Notes under the pieces: generated by a model
Database searches by the model: none
What the model was told of the DNA's origin: nothing
The model's input: only the letters and a program-made list of their open reading frames with translations
Assembly (NCBI RefSeq): GCF_003704095.1
Contig: NW_020845867.1
Coordinates: 434,001 to 498,000, forward strand
Length of the DNA stretch: 64,000 bases
Origin: Pocillopora damicornis
Taxonomy: Eukaryota
Direction: 5' to 3'
Program-made: the position numbers and the translations under genes
Part shown: positions 12,801 through 24,897 of the stretch, piece after piece
Position numbering within the stretch: the stretch's first letter is position 1
How the letters are laid out: each line of letters opens with the position of its first letter

Positions 12801-15421
12801 GTAGCTTAACCCTTTAACCCCAGAGAGTGACGAGCATCTAATTTCTCCCAACAGTATCACTCCCTGAATAAACGTTAAGGTCATGAGAATAAAGGAAAGG
12901 ACTTCGCGAGGTCTAGTAATTCTCGATTAACACGCAAGTTCTCCTTGTTTGTAGCATAAGAAGCGTATAGAGAATAGTATGGAGAATTAACCAGCTGATC
13001 ATGATGTTAAGGTGTAAAGAGCGAATGTGGGCCTGATAAATTGGCGGCCGCAAAAGCAAACTCACCATGAATGGCTACATAAACAAACTCGAATAGCCAA
13101 CTTTTAAAATGTGTTATTCGGGAATTTCCAGTTAGCCGATCTACGTCATCTCACATATATACAGCACTCATACGAAAAATGTCGGACAATCAAACAAAGC
13201 TTACTCTTCTTGAAGCTAAGCCCCAAAATGCTTTGAAGTGACTGCAATTTGGACAGGAATCGTAGTTAATACCATCAGATGATTTATTTTTTGAACCACA
13301 CCAAGTTAAGCCATTCATCATCCATCTGTTTGCAAAACAAAAAGGTTTCAAATCAATGCTTATTGATTCTAAGCCAGCAAGAGACTTAAACAATGACTTT
13401 TCTGTCATATGTTTTGAAGGAGCGAAAATATTTTTTCCTATCTCTCTAAATACGGAATAGTTAATGACGAATGCAACGGATTTATATTTTCATAATCATT
13501 TCTTTAATTCTGAGTATGGAAGTTTGTCATGCCATGAAAAAACAAATCACTCTATAACCTATTTAGATTACAGACGCTGTCCAGAGGTGTTAGATGAGAA
13601 CTAATTAAACAATTAAGTTTTTAATGTAAACCATTACTTATTTTACTTATCGCAAAAGTAAAACAATTTCACCTTACTCAACACACATAATTTCTTCTCC
13701 CTGTTATAGTAATTTAGTACATGTAGCAGAAAGTCATTATTCACATATCTTCCTCCTTTTTCATTGGCTAAAACCCTGCCAAGGGACCAACAAAAATTGC
13801 TTATTAAGCAAATAATGACTGCGCATGTGTAATACCGCCAAACTGAAAAATTATATTCTGCTTGTGCGTGGTTGTTTGAGTATGATTGGGTACCAGGAAA
13901 TCTCTACGGAAGCTTCTTTCTGGAGAGGTTGGGGCGGGGGAAGGGGAGAAACAGAAAATGGACGTAACACGAAAAAGGAAAGGACTTTGTACTGTGGGGC
14001 TTAAGAGACTCTGACGGTAAATACACTAACATCTGAGCTTACTTACCCTGCCATTGTATCTTCTAATGTAGTCAGTCTGGAGTTAAAGTCCGAGTATTCG
14101 TGAGCTTCTTTGTATGTTCCTGACCAAAAGAGACTCTGATACGAAAACATCAGTGAAAGACAAATTAGGAGGAGTGTTCCTTATGACCTTATTTGAAGTT
14201 ACTGTTTATTCCTTTCCTGATAGAGTTAATGATTTTATTATCATTGTTTACACTCTACAGTGAAGGAAGTAAAAGTATGTCGATGCTTGACAGTTACTTC
14301 TAATTTTCATTCAGTCTTTGCCTTTCATTAAACTGTAGGGAACCATTCTATCTTACCGACTTTTGTGCAGTGTATCTACTTGTAAGCAAACTCAGAGGCC
14401 ATCGAATATTGCAGCCTTGGTGTTTAGCGCGTGCTAAATATCCTTGTTGACGCAGCAAGAAAGAAAAGAAAAGAAGAACCATCGCATTATGCACAAAATA
14501 ACAAGTAATTTCATAAAAGATGTATATGCTGCTGTAGCCATCACCAATTGCCAATTTATTGGGCTAAAAGTTAATTTATTTATATGCGATAAACACCATA
14601 GAAGCGTGCAAGGTTTCAGTTCTTTACTAATTAGCATATAATGTCACGCAGTCCACTAGCGGCACGTATGACACTTGGAGCTTTCAGTTACGTTGCATTA
14701 ACGGCCACGCTTTGAATGCGGAAAAATGAAACTCAGTTCTGAATTAAAATATTCATCGCGTCAAACGATCACCTGTCGATGTCGAATCGAAATATTTGAG
14801 AGATAAATAGGTAGACATGGTAACTAAAAAAAAAAAGCTGCTAATGTAGTTACGAGTTGCTTTTTCCCTCGATCCAGGAAAAAGGTCTCCCACTGTTTTC
14901 GACTTGAGAATAGAAACTATCTTTGCCTGTTCTCTTACACAAATTCACTATACTGGCGGATTGTTAGTGAGAATTCAAGTTTTAAGTTGTTAATGTTCCT
15001 GATTAATTTACGTAAACAGTAACACTGTGCGCCAACTTGTCCGAATCATCCAACTGAATCGAATGAAGTTAGTTAGTGATAAAATTAAGTCAGCAGTCAG
15101 ATTTTCGTAATTGCGGTTTGGGAGCGTGTCTCTTATCCATCCTACCTTATCCCTTTTAACAATGTCCATTCCAACTTCATCAAAGAAAGGTTCATAATCA
15201 GAGAAATTCGTTGCACACGGGTCCTTGAAGGCGAATGCATTGTGAAATGTTTCCCATAATTTCGAACAGTTCTTGGGGGTGACCTCGGACGTCTTTTGCC
15301 GTTGAAAGTCCCAGCATCTACCGAGGACAATTTCCTTTAAATGCCTCGCCGAACCATGCGATGATATTGAATGTAACGAAGCTAAAATCACTAGCATCCA
15401 TAAAACAAATTTCAAGGCCAT
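9812..15421 (-). CDS. ADP-ribosyl cyclase / cADPR hydrolase family (Aplysia cyclase/CD38/BST1-like), ~285 aa, exons 15421-15146, 14135-14047, 13325-13205, 12384-12296, 11990-11898, 11099-11013, 9914-9812
   Basis: Signal peptide, then IVLGRC, AFAFKDPC, LFWSG, TLEDTMAG, LTWCG, FWGLASRRFA, LVNGS, catalytic FFGSMELPNL, CGNGSI, CLDDP and LLCADFPESRVC. All introns are GT-AG and phase-consistent. The exact 3' end is uncertain (possible donors near 9826/9815). Confidence 0.9.
12806..13024. mobile_element. Degenerate TTAA-type MITE in cyclase intron
   Basis: Left end TTAACCCTTTAACCCC and internal similarity to 4253-4464 and 22155-22364. The right end is decayed. Confidence 0.55.
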
Positions 15422-16029
15422 TCTAATGTCTGACCGTCTGTACTCTCACTACACATGCGATTTCATGCTAAATGGGTTTCATATGGACAAACAGGAAATC
15501 CTTTTATTTATAGATCCGAACGTCACGCCTCTTGTTTCATGCTTTTTACGAATTCCTGCTTGAGTTGAGGAGGCGTGGGGCATATAACGTAATTTGAACT
15601 GTCCTTCTGCCATGCGTTGTTGTGGCTTTTGTCGTTATTACTAAATTGATAACCGTGAATATCGAGATCACAAGAGTCCCTTAATTGTGAAATTTCGATG
15701 AAACGATATTCCAAAGATATGTCCCGTCTCTTGTATTGTCTTAATATCCACGTAGCCTCTTATTTTTTCAAAAATTTATATCAAAATACTGTATTGATTA
15801 AGACAACAGACCAAATGTCACCCTTGAATGATCCTGAAATTAGTGAACGAGGATAAATTAAAGTCACATATTTAAACTAATTAAGGAAGCTGCATTTTAA
15901 TTAAAAAAATTACCTACATCTTAAAATGCAGGCTTGGTCATAATTGATTTGAGTTTCATTGAACCCTCCTTTAAAATAGACAGAATGGAAACTAACCGTC
16001 CATTTAAAATATATTAAAGTTCACACGGC

Positions 16030-16632
16030 AGCCAGGTGGACAATCAGACATGGTTTGATGCTACTCTGGTTTACAGATTTAATGAATGTAACCGAAGAAG
16101 TTACAATTCATAGACCCAACGTTTCGACACTCCCGTCTAGTGCCTTCATCAGGAGTGATCTAAACGCTGCAACAAGAGGTGCTTTTGTATGATCACTAAT
16201 TAGCAGCCTTTTTTCTGACGAGGTGTAAATAGGCGTCAGGGAGCAAACCGCCATCGTCACGATTTAAAGGAGTGTGTGGGCGGAGTTAATATGCCAAGCC
16301 TCCAAACAAAGGCGCTGGTGGTAACGCCGNNNNNNNNNNNNNNNNNNNNNNNNNNNNNNNNNNNNNNNNNNNNNNNNNNNNNNNNNNNNNNNNNNNNNNN
16401 NNNNNNNNNNNNNNNNNNNNNNNNNNNNNCAAAGAAGTTCTTTGTCCCAGGGAAGCATCTTCTCTGAGTCTCTCCTCCGCAACTTTAACGGCAAGATCAA
16501 CAGGGATTTTAGTGAAGAGCGAAACAACGTCGAAAGATACTGATTCTTCACAAGCGTTAAGAGTTTTATCTCTTGTGAAATCCGCAAATTCGCAGGAATT
16601 TTTGACAGTGTAATCAGTATTCCCAACAACAA
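16030..16632 (-). mobile_element. Penelope-like retroelement fragment (RT segment plus 3' end, spanning an assembly gap)
   Basis: The minus-strand peptide YTVKNSCEFADF...VSFDVVSLFTKIPVDLAV...EERLREDASL is typical of PLE reverse transcriptase motif A. A hammerhead-like motif lies in the downstream terminal region. Boundaries are approximate. Confidence 0.8.
16110..16162 (-). ncRNA. Minimal type I hammerhead ribozyme motif (PLE-associated)
   Basis: Minus strand reads ACTC-CTGATGA-A-GGCACT-agacggg-AGTGTC-GAAAC-GTT-GGGT: conserved core boxes, a 6-bp stem II, a short stem I and a palindromic AACGTT in place of stem III. Confidence 0.7.
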
Positions 16633-18015
16633 ATCGTGACATACCTACGCACAAGTTTGTCAGTAATTATTATATTAGAAATAACAACATAGCGCTTTAC
16701 CTCTGGAAAGAAGATGGCGTTCAATTCAAATTACCCAGACAAGAATTCAAATGACTTTCAGGATCTTTTTTGCTTTTTTTTTTGTTTTTGTTTTTTTGCG
16801 TGATTGCTTTCATCGTCTTACAAGTAAATGAATATTTGATCCAGAAGCTTTATTTTAGGAATAAAGATTATGAACTCTCTCTTCTTTCTATTGAAGACAA
16901 ATAATCATTTGTAAAACCATTTTCGGTGTTTCATCCCCTTTGCCCACAGAAATCCTATTCCTGGGAGATTGCTTACATATGTCTTCAATGATCATAACAG
17001 GATGTGATCAGCCAGCCGTGAAAAGGAGGCCTTTGTTAGTTAGAAACTATGCTAAAAAAAATAATAAAAAAATGCAAGTTCAAATTCGAAAGCCAAAATA
17101 AAGTGTGTACGTGTTCCATCCTATTTTACTCTGCGAGTCTAACTTAAGGCCTTTAGGACTCGCGTCGCGCGAGCTCGAATTTCGTGATCTAAAAGTCGAC
17201 CCAAGATGACCTCCGTCTGACGCATTGCGAAGCTATGGTAACTTATGAATCCGGCATCGGTTGGGTCGAGAAGGCCAAACATCCCTTGGGGCGTGGACGC
17301 AATTTACAGTGTTTGCTTCCATAAGGTGCTAAATTGTTAGATGTGTATTGAGAACAGTCCCTCCACTTAGAAACTTCCATGAAATGATGGCCCGAAGTTA
17401 TCTCCAGCGAGTTCCAGTAAGGCTCCACTGGCTACGGGCTAAGCTGAGAAAAATGTCATGAAAGCCTAAAAAAAAGAAAAATATTCGAATAAAGTTACAG
17501 CACTTTGGTCCCAGAGCAACCTGAGCGTGAACAATTTTCTCTTTTCCATCCTGGCACAAAATTGTTTAGTGAAATGAACACGATTGGAATGCTTGCGAAA
17601 TATTTAAAATACGGTACGCATATTTCATGTTCAAAAGTTTGACAAAACCGAAAAGCAAGAAATCTCTCGGTCTTCATAACAACTGCGCAAAATTAATTGT
17701 TTATTAGACTGGAAATTGTAAGGAGGGAATTCGAGAAGAATCCTCTCTCCACATTCCCTGGATGGCGTCCAGTTCCGAGTACGTAAACATTGCAATCGCT
17801 TGACCCGACGCCTCAAACGCTTTGTTTAACACGCCCCAGCTGACAGAAAACTCCTGTCAACCCAGGCGAGACTGATCGGGACGCCAAACAATCACACTAT
17901 TTACAAACACTTTATCCCGTGTGGTGTAGTTTCCACCGCTTGGGTTGTACATCGTAGCGAACTCATCTTAGCAATTCCAAGTCCAGTGAAGGCCGGAAAG
18001 GAAAGTTGATAAATC

Positions 18016-21000
18016 ATGGGCAGGTGTAAGAACGAACGTTTGCGTTCCTGCTGCGGTAAAGTCTTGCACCACATTCGCAAAGAACTGCTTCTCGTCCTCA
18101 TTATTTTGGGAGTGCTCGTCGGCTTCATTATCGGTTTATCGGTAAACAAGAGTGTGAACGATATCAAAGACCCAGAAAAGAAAGCTACTACTATCATGTT
18201 GATTGGTTTTCCGGGTGAGCTCTTCATGAACATGCTGAAGTTGCTAATCCTGCCACTGATTGTTGCAAGTTTGATCACCGCCTTGGCCACGCTGGACTCC
18301 AAAGCCACGGGAAGAATTGGTCGTCGAACTGTGCTTTACTACATGGGAACTATGCTGATCGCTGTGCTTCTTGGAATCGTCTTAGTCCTTTCTATACGCC
18401 CGGGAGAACGCAGCAAACCTGAAGGAACCGACGAAAAGCTCTCGAGACCTTATCGTGGTCTCGATTCGCTTCTCGATCTTTTGAGGTGAGCTTTGATTAT
18501 GGATTGATATTTGTCATATTAATGACAATTGTCAAGTCTGTTGGAAATGGCGACAGTGCAAAATTAATCTGTTATTCCTTGTTATTCCATGCATACTATG
18601 TGTCACGGTCAACTTTTCGCCAGCGAAACTTGGCCGCAGGAGCAATATTTTTAAGTAAATAAGCGCAGAAATGCAAATTATTCCTTTCACTTGGTTATAC
18701 TAGAAAGGTCTGAAGCACTTTTGTTTCCATTTTAAAACTATTTTCGCTCAGTTCCGTCGATAATCGATTCCGTTGATGATTTCCGTGACAGTGCATCAAG
18801 ACTCCATGAAATGGTAGATCACTAACACAACCGTTTGGCTTGAAAAACAATATCCACCGCTGTGAAGGGATACAAAATGCAAATATATTTGTCTTAGTTG
18901 ACAGCCATAAATTCAGTTGACTACAATAACATGACATCAATGTTACATCTGTTTCAAGAATATTCCACTTCAGATGGACGTCATAACGTGAGGTCTTTTC
19001 AAGTCAAGTCAAGTAAAATTGTGTTTAACTCACATGAATATTCACAGAGATGACAATGTTTGTACAGTTGAGTCAACATATTAATGCAAACATGAAACAT
19101 AAAACATTAAAAAAATATATACATATATTATTCTACAATGCATTGTAATTGTAATATAAAATGATAAGCCTTTTAAGCAACCTTTAGTATGACGGACAAT
19201 GAAAATGAATGTACGTTTCATCTTTCGGTCAAGGACCCCTGACAAAATTTAATGAATAAGCTTATCTGTCTACAGTTTTTTATCATTCTAATTTTACAAC
19301 ACCGGGGGTTCTGCTGGAGTTCAATAATTTCAATTCATGTTTGCGTACAATGATTGTTAGTGCCTGACTGACCGTGCATGTAAATTATCACCAAATCACT
19401 TTTCCCATATCAGTAATGAGGGCGGCGTCAGAAAAGGGGCTTGATTTCGCCGGGCACGAGTTTTTTCTCTGGTATATTTCCGTCTTTTTCGTCATTTTTC
19501 CGTCTTTTTTTCTGTCACGCCCGTCATCTACTGTTACTAAGGGTGTCAAGTTTATCTTAAGATTCCCGATCGGTTGCGTTTTGAATAGCAAACGGCCTAC
19601 ACTTTTACACTGTCTGGGCAAATAACTCGCAATTTATCGATGTGATCTCAGGAAGGAAATTTGTGTCTTTAAGAAAGTTTTTTTCTTTCGATACCAAGGG
19701 GATATATATTAGCAAATTTACCCAAACCCAGAGAGGGCTATTTTATTCGGCCAAACATTGAAAGATGACAATTGACAATGACCTTAAGAATATTCGGTCT
19801 CATAAAGCCACTGGGCTAGATAGCTTCACTGTTCGCATACTTTCGTATTTTGAAAGGAAGAAATCAGGAAGCAGATAGGGAAGATCACGGCGTTGTCTGG
19901 GATGTGTCGATTCTACTAAGTGTACTTTTAACGGCCGCACTAGCATCCTCGCCTAAGGAAAACGATTCTCTTGTTTGTGGAGGTCTCCTTGACAACACTG
20001 ATTTCCCTGCGGAAAACCATCGTATTATTATTAAGGCTACCTTCAAATCGAGATCAGCCTCCACGCAAACGTCTCGGAAAACGATTCTCTTGTTTGTGGA
20101 GGTCTCTTTGACAACACTAATTTCCCTGCGGAAAACCATCGTATTATTATTAAGGCTACCTTCAAATCGAGATCAGCCTTCACGCAAACGTCTCGGAAAA
20201 CGATTCTCTTGTTTGTGGAGGTCTCTTTGACAACACTGATTTCCCTGCGGAAAACCATCGTATTATTATTAAGGCTACCTTCAAATCGAGATCAGCCTTC
20301 ACGCAAACGTCTCGGACAACAGACTTCCGTAAGATAGGCTATCGATAATAAACTTTAATGAAACTAAAGTATCTTAAAACTTGGACTAGGAGCCTTTTGT
20401 CTCTTCATTTTATTTTGATTCCTTATTATTGCATTACAGGAGCTGCTTTCCGGTGAACCTTGTGGAGGCAGCTTTCATACAGGTTAGTGGTTTCTAAATT
20501 AGTCCTCAACCGCTGGAACATTCCGTAGATTTGGTGGCAAAAAATGAAAGCTTACGGGTTAGGGTTAGGGTTAGCCGAGATAGTCTTTGTTCTCGAGGTG
20601 CTGGAGGAAGAGGGAGAAACTTTAAGCCAAACATGGAAGGGGGGGAGGCTCATATTAGAGAGTGGGGCTTACCAGAGAGGGAGAATGGTTAAAACGTTTC
20701 TGGGTTTTTTGTTCAATTTTTAACAGAGTAGCTTTTACTCATTTTATTTCTTGTGTAACCCCTTCCTATAGACTGTTAAAAGCTATTCTATACCTTCACT
20801 CAGGAAATCCCTTTCCTTTCGTACATCTTTGACCTGAAAAAGTTTACCCATTTGGCAGGGTACCCTTGTAAAGTCTAATGAACATGGCGAGTTCCACCCC
20901 CCAGGACTTGTGTGTTTGAATTCGATTTCTTTATTTTTTTAAGCAAGCCTTTTCTTTTTTTCGTGGTTAATCTTTATTGTCAGAAACGTACCAAATACAA

Positions 21001-24000
21001 GACTGTCGATCCCGTTGTTAACGAATACAACGAGACAATTAGGAACGGGACTCACAATTACACAGTTCTGAAGGAAGAGGAACTAGCTCCGGGATCATCG
21101 ATGGTTCCCGCGGGACTCGAAATTGCTTCCCGAAATATGAACGTCCTTGGGTTGGTGGTATTTTCTATTGTGTTCGGTATCGTGTTGGGGCGCGTTGGAG
21201 AGCGTGGATTGCCCATGAGAGCCTTCATTGAGTCGCTGAACGAAATCGTCATGGAAATGGTATCATTAGTCATGTGGTAAGATATTCATCGCAATGACTA
21301 AAGTAATGAGTCGCAATTAATGAAAATAAAGAAGACTATGCTAGGTTGTAGATCGCTAAGGGCCTGGGAAAGAGGAGAGGAGGGATATGCCAGCAAGAAT
21401 TGTTCAAAAGCCGGTATCGGGATTTTAGATCTTAATATAATTGTTTGCTGATTATCAAAATGGCCGCTTCGCGTTTTGTCCATCATGTTACCGAGGAAGT
21501 GATAAACACGGCATGAGAGAATTCAAATTCCGAGGAGTACAAAAGATGCTACTAAGTTTGGCCTGACACTTCTTAAAATTAAGAAAAGATGTTTCTTTTT
21601 CTGATTGAATTAAATAAATAAGCTTGTCAAATTCTAGTGGAAATTGGCTGGCCAAAAATTGTATTTTTTATTACTGCACGAGAACTTGAAAATCATAAAG
21701 CAACAGCAGTAAACCAGAAGGATGATGAGCATCATCAGAATTTCGCTGAGGAAAGTGATAAGTGGTATCCGTGGTGGTTGAAAATTTTTGATGGATTTTA
21801 ACCAAAACAAACAGGAAAATCGAACACCACCCCATTTAAGCTGTTTAATTTCAACGCTAATCGTCGCCTTTTTTTCACCAGGCTCTCTCCGATTGGAATA
21901 TGTAGTTTGATAGCTGCTAAGCTGGCCGGCATGGGTGATATTGGGCAGGCATTCAAAATGCTGGGGTATCTTATGGGTACCGCCATCGCTGGTCTTCTCT
22001 GCCACGGCTTTATTATTTTGCCGCTGGTTTATTTGATCTTCACGCGGAAAAACCCGATTATTTACATCAAAAATATGTCGGATGCCATATTTACAGCGTA
22101 CGGTACAGATTCCAGGTTGGTGTCATAATTATTTCTGTTTTTTTTGTAGGGCTCTTAACCCTTCGAACCATGCATGACGAACTTTTAATTTCTTCTCACA
22201 AGATCACCCCTGAATCAAACATTAAGGTCAGGAGAATAAAGCAGATGATCACAGACTGAAGGAGTGTTTGATTTTCAAACAGATTCTCCTTACACGCACC
22301 ATAGGAAATGTATATAAAACAGTATGGAGAATATGCATATTGATGTCAGGGTGTTAAGGGTTAAGTTGTAAATCCCTTATGCGTCGGTCGATTACATAGG
22401 GTGCGTTTCCATTCCAGCGAAACCAAGATTGTCATACATGTTTGTTGTAAGCGGCGTCCCAGAAATCTTTTCAGCTGATTGAAATGACTCCTTGTGTTAC
22501 CACTTGCCCCATGTATTGCTGAGTCGGGTTCGATGGGCAGGTCTACGGCTTCCGAAAGGCGGAACTTAGAGAAATCTTGTTGGCGAGGTCGTCGGTATCA
22601 CTTTGATTGGAAAGACCCTGGANNNNNNNNNNNNNNNNNNNNNNNNNNNNNNNNNNNNNNNNNNNNNNNNNNNNNNNNNNNNNNNNNNNNNNNNNNNNNN
22701 NNNNNNNNNNNNNNNNNNNNNNNNNNNNNNNNNNNNNNNNNNNNNNNNNNNNNNNNNNNNNNNNNNNNNNNNNNNNNNNNNNNNNNNNNNNNNNNNNNNN
22801 NNNNNNNNNNNNNNNNNNNNNNNNNNNNNNNNNNNNNNNNNNNNNNNNNNNNNNNNNNNNNNNNNNNNNNNNNNNNNNNNNNNNNNNNNNNNNNNNNNNN
22901 NNNNNNNNNNNNNNNNNNNNNNNNNNNNNNNNNNNNNNNNNNNNNNNNNNNNCATCTTTAATTCAGCGCGGCCACTTTGCCAACCACCATGAGATGTGTG
23001 GAGCAGAACAATCACGTAGACAAACGTATCAGTCGCTTCGTTCTACCGTTGGGTGCCACCGTTAATATGGACGGAACCGCGTTGTACGAAGGCGTTTGTG
23101 CTCTCTGGATCGCGCAGCTTCACGGAATCAGCCTTGGGGCAGGACAGGTTATTACTATTATGTAAGTACATTTCCTCTCTGAGGCTAAAGAAACATCTTC
23201 TCTCACCAAAATGTGTATTGGGTGCCTGTAAAAAAACGCTCTACATAAAAAACTTGATTTAAGAAACTCTTGTGTAACCAAAGTGGACTCTGTTTCAGTC
23301 AAGAATAGCAGGGTAATTTAGTGATATTAACTGAGTTGATAATGTAAACTGGGCACCGTGAAGAGTTTCAAAGCTAACGTTTCGAACGTTGGCCCTTCGT
23401 CAGAGCGATAGCCATGAAACGCTGTGTCACGGTTGTGTCATGAAAACCATGTGATCCCCCAAAATCCTCCAAACTTCCCCAATCCCGGCGGTAAATACTA
23501 ACTGGATCCTAACTGCTGATCATCAGAACTGATAAAGAAGTACTGCGGATGGAATATTTAAAATTAAAAATCCATTTGCAAAACAATTTAAGGTGGATTT
23601 CCAAATGGTAGTCGTCTGCAAAGAACAGATTATGTCGTTATAAAGTTGGTAAATCATCATGCTGGTTCACGGCCATAAATTTGAAAGTGAAGATTCCGTA
23701 TGTTAAATGATAGCTTAACTCCTGAAAAATCAGAACTGATTACCCTATTTCCCTCTTTGGTCGCGTATCTGGCAATTTTGTTCGCTCTTTGAAGAACTCG
23801 GCAGCTGAGCGAAACTAAATAAAGGAGCTCTGCGTTCGTTTTCGCCGCTCCAGCGCCTTTACTTTAGTAGAGGGCCCGTAAAGCCGGCCATGCCGCGCCG
23901 ACGTTGGCTACTACCCTACATCAATCTTAATTGTATGCATTCTATAGCTAATGAGTGTGTCAGTGGGATCTGTTCTCCTTTGTTTCATGCGGCAAGCCTC

Positions 24001-24897
24001 TTCCAGGCATTTTAAAAATTATTTGAAAAAACGTCATGGTACGAGTGGGAAAAATGGAAGAAAAAAAGAGAAGAGCATCTCTATCTAGCCTCGTTTCGAT
24101 CATCTTTTTCTCATTTTTAATGCATTTGTTTCGCGTTTCGTCTCTGTTTGATAAATGAATGCTTCGAATAGGCAAAAGGGCGCTGGTAAGTTATGTCTCT
24201 GTCATTTTTTTCCATCATTTAGATTGACATCTATGGCTGCGGCGGTTGGTGCAGCAGCAATTCCGTCTGCAGGCCTGGTTACCATGCTGATTGTGTTACA
24301 GTCTGCTAACCTCCCCACCAGTGATGTCGCTCTTCTTTGGGCAGTGGACTGGTTCATGTAAGACCAGAGATATCAGCGTTTATTAGAGTATTTTAAACTA
24401 TGAGTTTCATTTTACTCTACGCATATTTCTTTTTCGTCCTCAATGTTTATGGGGCTCCATATTTTCAACTTATCCAGTATATATTTATATGAAGGGTCTT
24501 GAAAGCGCTCCCGTCTTTTTTCTTCATTCCTTCATTCATTTATTTATTCGATACTTCATCCATCTATTCATTCTTTCATACATTCAGAATTTCATTTATT
24601 CATTCATCCATTTCGCTTCAAACGGAGTTTCATTTCTTGATCTTCATTGTTTGACTTTCAAGGGATCGCTTCCGTACTGTTGTAAATGTCCTTGGGGATG
24701 CAATCGGTGCTGGTATAGTTGGACACCTGTCACGTGATGAACTGAAGAACGCTGACCAAGCAGACATGGAAGAAGGTGGACAGGGAGATGAAAAGCATGA
24801 GCTTCTTGTACCGTCTGAGGGACGCTATGTTAAAAAAGACCCAGATCAGAACTACTCCCCAAGAATGACCAGCTTTAAGAGGTCCTCAGAGGAGTAG
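18016..24897 (+). CDS. SLC1/EAAT-family excitatory amino acid transporter, ~534 aa, exons 18016-18485, 20440-20482, 20984-21276, 21882-22115, 22967-23161, 24223-24357, 24663-24897
   Basis: [38 protein letters not shown]1 [31 protein letters not shown]2 [15 protein letters not shown]8 [19 protein letters not shown]. All junctions are GT-AG and in phase. Confidence 0.95.
19957..20316. repeat. Tandem repeat, 3 near-identical copies of a 119-bp unit in EAAT intron 1
   Basis: Unit GGAAAACGATTCTCTTGTTTGTGGAGG...CACGCAAACGTCTC starts at 19957, 20076 and 20195. Confidence 0.92.
22155..22364. mobile_element. ~210 bp TTAA-type MITE in EAAT intron 4
   Basis: TTAACCCTT ... AAGGGTTAA ends and internal similarity to 4253-4464. 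Confidence 0.7.
23305..23408 (-). mobile_element. Short interspersed repeat carrying a minimal hammerhead-like motif (PLE/retrozyme-derived)
   Basis: Minus strand GCT-CTGACGA-AGGGCCAACGTTC-GAAAC-GTT-AGC followed by ...TTTACATTATCAACTCAGTTAATATCACTAAATTACCCTG. A decayed plus-strand copy lies at 52522-52665. Confidence 0.6.

Noticed and set aside
17901-18308. Antisense ORFs overlapping real exons (also 6557-6844, 34462-34863, 57911-58264)
   Set aside because: Shadow frames of coding exons with no recognisable motifs.
19957-20316. CRISPR-like array
   Set aside because: Whole 119-bp units repeat with no unique spacers, it sits in a eukaryotic intron, and there are no cas genes.
20556-20575. Telomeric (TTAGGG)n
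   Set aside because: Only about three units in an intron, too short to be meaningful.
22494-23065. Long ORFs crossing N-runs (also near 9273, 27691, 28596, 32316, 52157)
   Set aside because: Artefacts of translating assembly gaps.
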